10,330 nt of DNA from a virus (Duplodnaviria; Heunggongvirae; Uroviricota; Caudoviricetes), in IMG/VR virus record IMGVR_UViG_2541047849_000005, positions 1 through 10,330 of that record. One strand, 5' to 3'. This document shows, piece by piece, positions 6,976-10,330 of the stretch. Every line of letters begins with the position of its first letter. Positions within the stretch are counted from its first letter, which is position 1. Below the pieces are notes generated by a model that searched no databases, was not told where the DNA came from, and saw nothing but the letters and a program-made list of their open reading frames with translations. The position numbers and the translations under genes are program-made.

Positions 6976-6985
6976 CGGAGTATAT

Positions 6986-8404
6986 ATGACGTGGAAAGAC
7001 AGGCTTCAGGATGCGTCATTTCGAGGTGTGCCGTTTAAGGTTGAAGAAGAAAGTGCGGGAACTGGCCGTCGTGTGGAAACGCACGAATACCCGAACCGCG
7101 ACAAACCCTATACCGAAGACCTGGGGAAAATTACTTTCCGCCCGTCCATCACGGCTTATGTGGTGGGAGATGACTGCTTTGACCAGCGCGATCGCCTGAT
7201 TGACGCGCTGAATAAACCCGGTCCCGGCACGCTTGTCCATCCGACTTACGGTGAGCTGAAAGTCTGTGTTGACGGAGAAGTTCGGGTCAGCACATCGAAG
7301 AGTGAAGGACGTATTGTCCGCTTTGACCTGAAGTTTGTCGAAGCAGGAGAACTCTCTTACCCCACATCAGGTGCGGCGACGGCGCAGGCGCTGATGTCAT
7401 CCTGTTCTGCACTGGATGACTGCATCAGTAACAGCTTCAGCGGTTTTAGTATCGATGGCGTGGCGGATTTTGTGCAGAACGACGTCGTCGGTAATGCCAG
7501 CACAATGCTTGGGTATGTTTCTGATGCGATGAAAGTGGTGGATTCTGCCGTATCGGATGCCGCCAGGCTGTTGCAGGGGGATATCTCGGTACTTCTGCCG
7601 CCGCCATCGTCAGGCAAAAATTTCGTTGAGCAGGTGCAGAAAATGTGGCGTACCGGGAAACGCCTTTATGGTAACGCCAGCGACCTGGTCACCATGATCA
7701 AAACGCTTTCTGGTGTCAGCCTCGGCAGCGATTTGCAACCGCGCGGCGTCTGGAAAATGGACAGTAAAACCACCGCCACAGCGACGCAGCAGCGTAACAT
7801 GGTTGCCAGCACCCTTCGTACGACTGCAATCAGCGAAGCGGCGTATGCCGTTACCCGATTGCCTGCGCCAACAACTTCTGCGGTGATGCAGAATGCCGCA
7901 GTGGGGCAGTCAACAACACCCGCGCAGAGCTCCGGCTGGCCTGCCGTCACGCATCCGGTGCTGAACAATGCACCGGCGGTGAAAAACACGGTTGACCTGC
8001 CAACGTGGGAAGAACTGACCGACATTCGCGACACACTGAATATGGCAATTGATAAGGAGTTGTCCCGTACAACCAGTGATGCGCTGTTTCTGGCGCTGCG
8101 CCGGGTGAAAGCAGATCTGAATGCGGATACCTGGCCTGCGGTACAGAATGACCGTTACGGCTCCCGACTGTGGCTGCTTCAGCGCAGCAAACTGACCAAT
8201 CAGCTGGTGCAGACGGTAAGGGGGTATATCCGCGAATGCCTGCAATGGATGATTGATGATGGCGTGGTGTCCCGTATTGATCTGGATATCCGCCGCACCG
8301 GGATTAATGAACTGGGTAACAGTATCACTCTCTGGCGTCGTGACGGACCGGTAATGATTTCTTTTGATGATCTGTGGAGTGCGATAACGCATGGCGGACA
8401 GTGA
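6986..8404 (+). CDS. Mu-type DNA circulation protein (gpN/gp43-like) tail component, 472 aa
   Basis: N-terminus MTWKDRLQDASFRGVPFKVEEESAGTGRRVETHEYPNRDKPYTEDLG carries the hallmark SFRGVPF...GRR..HEYP.RD block of the DNA-circulation N-terminal domain. GGAG RBS 5 nt upstream of the ATG at 6986. Confidence 0.85.
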   Translation: MTWKDRLQDASFRGVPFKVEEESAGTGRRVETHEYPNRDKPYTEDLGKITFRPSITAYVVGDDCFDQRDRLIDALNKPGPGTLVHPTYGELKVCVDGEVRVSTSKSEGRIVRFDLKFVEAGELSYPTSGAATAQALMSSCSALDDCISNSFSGFSIDGVADFVQNDVVGNASTMLGYVSDAMKVVDSAVSDAARLLQGDISVLLPPPSSGKNFVEQVQKMWRTGKRLYGNASDLVTMIKTLSGVSLGSDLQPRGVWKMDSKTTATATQQRNMVASTLRTTAISEAAYAVTRLPAPTTSAVMQNAAVGQSTTPAQSSGWPAVTHPVLNNAPAVKNTVDLPTWEELTDIRDTLNMAIDKELSRTTSDALFLALRRVKADLNADTWPAVQNDRYGSRLWLLQRSKLTNQLVQTVRGYIRECLQWMIDDGVVSRIDLDIRRTGINELGNSITLWRRDGPVMISFDDLWSAITHGGQ

Positions 8405-9449
8405 ATTTCAGCGCCCGACGCTGGCAGAAAATATCAGTATGCTCCGTAACGATTTATTCGCCAGGCTGGACGTCAGCGACACGCTCCGGCGCATGGATGA
8501 AGACGTGCGGGCAAAGGTGTATGCGGCGGCGCTGCATACGGTTTACGGTTACATCGATTATCTGGCAATGAACATGCTGCCTGACCTGTGCGATGAGTCC
8601 TGGCTGGCGCGACATGCTGCGATGAAACGGTGTCCGCGCAAGGGGGCCACGGCTGCCAGCGGGTATATGCGCTGGGAAGGTGTCAGCGATGGCCTGAAGG
8701 TGACTGCCGGGAGCGTGATTCAGCGCGATGACCTGGTTCAGTACACGGCAACTGCTGATGCAACCAGCTCCGGTGGTGTCCTGCGCGTGCCGATCACTTG
8801 CTCAAGTGCAGGCGCGGTCGGTAACGCTGACGACGGTACGGCATTAATCCTGGTCACGCCGGTGAATGGTCTGCCGTCTTCCGGTGTTGCAGATACTCTG
8901 ACTGGCGGATTCGATACTGAAGATCTGGAAACGTGGCGCGCCCGCGTCATTGAGCGGTATTACTGGACGCCGCAGGGCGGGGCTGACGGGGACTATGTCG
9001 TCTGGGCTAAAGAAGTGCCCGGCATTACCCGCGCATGGACATACCGTCACTGGATGGGAACGGGAACTGTCGGTGTGATGATTGCCAGCAGTGACCTGAT
9101 TAATCCCATTCCGGAAGAATCAACGGAAACGGCGGCAAGACAACATATCGGGCCACTGGCCCCGGTGGCAGGCTCTGATTTGTATGTGTTCAGGCCGGTG
9201 GCACATACGGTGGATTTTCATATCCGCGTGACGCCGGACACACCGGAAATACGGGCTGCCATCACCGCGGAGTTGCGTTCGTTCCTGCTGCGTGATGGTT
9301 ATCCGCAGGGAGAACTGAAGGTATCGCGTATCAGTGAGGCGATTTCCGGTGCGAACGGGGAATACAGCCATCAGTTGCTTACACCGGCAGACAATATCTC
9401 CATTGCAAAAAATGAACTGGCGGTACTGGGGACGATTTCATGGACGTGA
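8391..9449 (+). CDS. Baseplate J-like protein (Mu gp47 / P2 gpJ / e14 JayE family), 352 aa
   Basis: Size, position before a gp48/YmfQ-like gene and the tail fibre, and overall similarity to baseplate-J proteins as recalled. Start overlaps the upstream stop by 14 nt (translational coupling). Confidence 0.7.
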   Translation: MADSEFQRPTLAENISMLRNDLFARLDVSDTLRRMDEDVRAKVYAAALHTVYGYIDYLAMNMLPDLCDESWLARHAAMKRCPRKGATAASGYMRWEGVSDGLKVTAGSVIQRDDLVQYTATADATSSGGVLRVPITCSSAGAVGNADDGTALILVTPVNGLPSSGVADTLTGGFDTEDLETWRARVIERYYWTPQGGADGDYVVWAKEVPGITRAWTYRHWMGTGTVGVMIASSDLINPIPEESTETAARQHIGPLAPVAGSDLYVFRPVAHTVDFHIRVTPDTPEIRAAITAELRSFLLRDGYPQGELKVSRISEAISGANGEYSHQLLTPADNISIAKNELAVLGTISWT

Positions 9450-10024
9450 CAAACGATGATTACATCCGTCTGTTGTCGGCACTGTTGCCCCCCGGTCCGG
9501 CGTGGTCAGCCAGCGATCCGTCGATTGCCGGTGCGGCACCGTCATTAACCCGCGTTCATCAGCGTGCGGATGCCCTGATGCGGGAGCTGGATCCGCGCAC
9601 CACCACTGAACTGATAAACCGCTGGGAGCGTCTGTGCGGTCTGCCGGATGAATGTATTCCCGCAGGGACACAGACCCTTCGCCAGCGTCAGCAACGGCTG
9701 GATGCGAAGGTTAACCTGGCGGGCGGCATCAACGAGGATTTTTACCTTGCACAGCTTGCTGCCCTGGGCAGACCAGACGCTACCATCACGCGATACGACA
9801 AAAGCACGTTCACCTGCTCATCGGCCTGTACTGACGCTGTGAACGCGCCTGAATGGCGGTATTACTGGCAGGTCAACATGCCAGCCACCACCAACACCAC
9901 TTGGATGACATGTGGCGATCCCTGTGATTCCGCGCTGCGCTTCTGGGGGGACACCGTTGTCGAGTGTGTTCTTAACAAACTCTGCCCGTCGCATACCTAT
10001 GTGATTTTTAAATATCCGGAGTAA
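9440..10024 (+). CDS. Phage tail protein, Mu gp48 / YmfQ-like (DUF2313-type), 194 aa
   Basis: Length identical to e14 YmfQ as recalled; located between the baseplate-J-like and tail-fibre genes; overlaps the upstream gene by 10 nt. Confidence 0.7.
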   Translation: MDVTNDDYIRLLSALLPPGPAWSASDPSIAGAAPSLTRVHQRADALMRELDPRTTTELINRWERLCGLPDECIPAGTQTLRQRQQRLDAKVNLAGGINEDFYLAQLAALGRPDATITRYDKSTFTCSSACTDAVNAPEWRYYWQVNMPATTNTTWMTCGDPCDSALRFWGDTVVECVLNKLCPSHTYVIFKYPE

Positions 10025-10027
10025 TCC

Positions 10028-10330
10028 ATGCATCGTATAGACACGAAAACCGCGCAGAAGGATAAGTTCGGCGCGGGTAAGAACGGTTTTACCCGTGGTA
10101 ACCCCCAGACCGGCACGCCTGCCACCGATCTGGATGATGACTACTTTGACATGTTGCAGGAGGAGCTTTGCAGCGTTGTGGAGGCATCCGGTGCCAGCCT
10201 GGAGAAGGGGCGGCATGACCAGCTGCTTACCGCGCTTCGTGCGCTGCTGTTAAGCCGCAAGAATCCGTTTGGCGATATCAAATCGGATGGCACGGTGAAA
10301 ACAGCTCTCGAAAACCTTGGTTTGGGAGAA
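10028..10330 (+). CDS. Side tail fibre protein, N-terminal part (partial; continues beyond the window)
   Basis: N-terminus [47 protein letters not shown] is the conserved baseplate-attachment N-terminus seen in Mu-type/e14-type tail fibres, as recalled. GGAG 7 nt upstream of the ATG at 10028. No stop codon before the window end. Confidence 0.75.
   Translation, partial: MHRIDTKTAQKDKFGAGKNGFTRGNPQTGTPATDLDDDYFDMLQEELCSVVEASGASLEKGRHDQLLTALRALLLSRKNPFGDIKSDGTVKTALENLGLGE

Larger units (their letters stand above)
1..10330. mobile_element. Defective (cryptic) mosaic prophage segment: lambda-type int/xis and early-left accessory genes joined to a partial Mu-type tail/baseplate module
   Basis: Integrase, excisionase and phage early genes on the - strand; tape measure, DNA-circulation, baseplate J-like, gp48-like and tail-fibre genes on the + strand. 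Nothing between them encodes repressor, replication, lysis, capsid or sheath/tube functions. Two AT-rich inserts. Element ends are not visible in the window. Confidence 0.75.

Noticed and set aside
7011-8392. ORFs 7011..7199 (+), 7016..7240 (-), 7357..7617 (-), 7666..8034 (-), 7910..8392 (-)
   Set aside because: All embedded in the DNA-circulation gene, which has a clear RBS and conserved N-terminal motif; antisense or alternative-frame artefacts of GC-rich sequence.
8374-9371. ORFs 8374..8571 (+), 8738..8950 (-), 8844..9050 (-), 9120..9371 (-)
   Set aside because: Overlap the baseplate J-like gene in other frames or strands; Cys/Arg-rich translations; no RBS.
9438-10216. ORFs 9438..9671 (-), 9648..9842 (+), 9818..10216 (-)
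   Set aside because: Antisense or alternative frame relative to the gp48/YmfQ-like and tail fibre genes, which are supported by coupling and conserved N-terminal sequence.
1-10330. CRISPR arrays, rRNA genes or insertion-sequence terminal inverted repeats
   Set aside because: No regularly spaced direct repeats, no rRNA-like conserved blocks and no transposase ORF were seen.

Overview
This 10.3-kb window reads as a mosaic, apparently defective (cryptic) prophage of an enterobacterial host. All assignments come from reading motifs and gene context by eye; no database search, GC calculation or structure prediction was run. Left third: an AT-rich Dam-family N6-adenine DNA methyltransferase (1-861, +) converges on and overlaps the 3' end of a lambda-type tyrosine integrase (851-1981, -). 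Upstream of int on the minus strand lie an excisionase, an HD-domain YfdR-like protein, a 274-aa YfdQ-like protein and a 120-aa hypothetical, forming a leftward int/early-left operon. Right two-thirds (+ strand): a probably 5'-truncated tail tape measure gene, an AT-rich promoter-ORF-terminator moron encoding a membrane-anchored protein, then Mu-type tail genes (DNA circulation protein, baseplate J-like, gp48/YmfQ-like) and the start of a tail fibre gene. No repressor, replication, lysis, capsid, sheath/tube or baseplate-hub genes are present, so large internal deletions are inferred. The two most interesting loci are the moron between the tape measure and DNA-circulation genes (candidate superinfection-exclusion or defence gene) and the orphan-looking Dam-like methyltransferase in the integrase-proximal cargo position.
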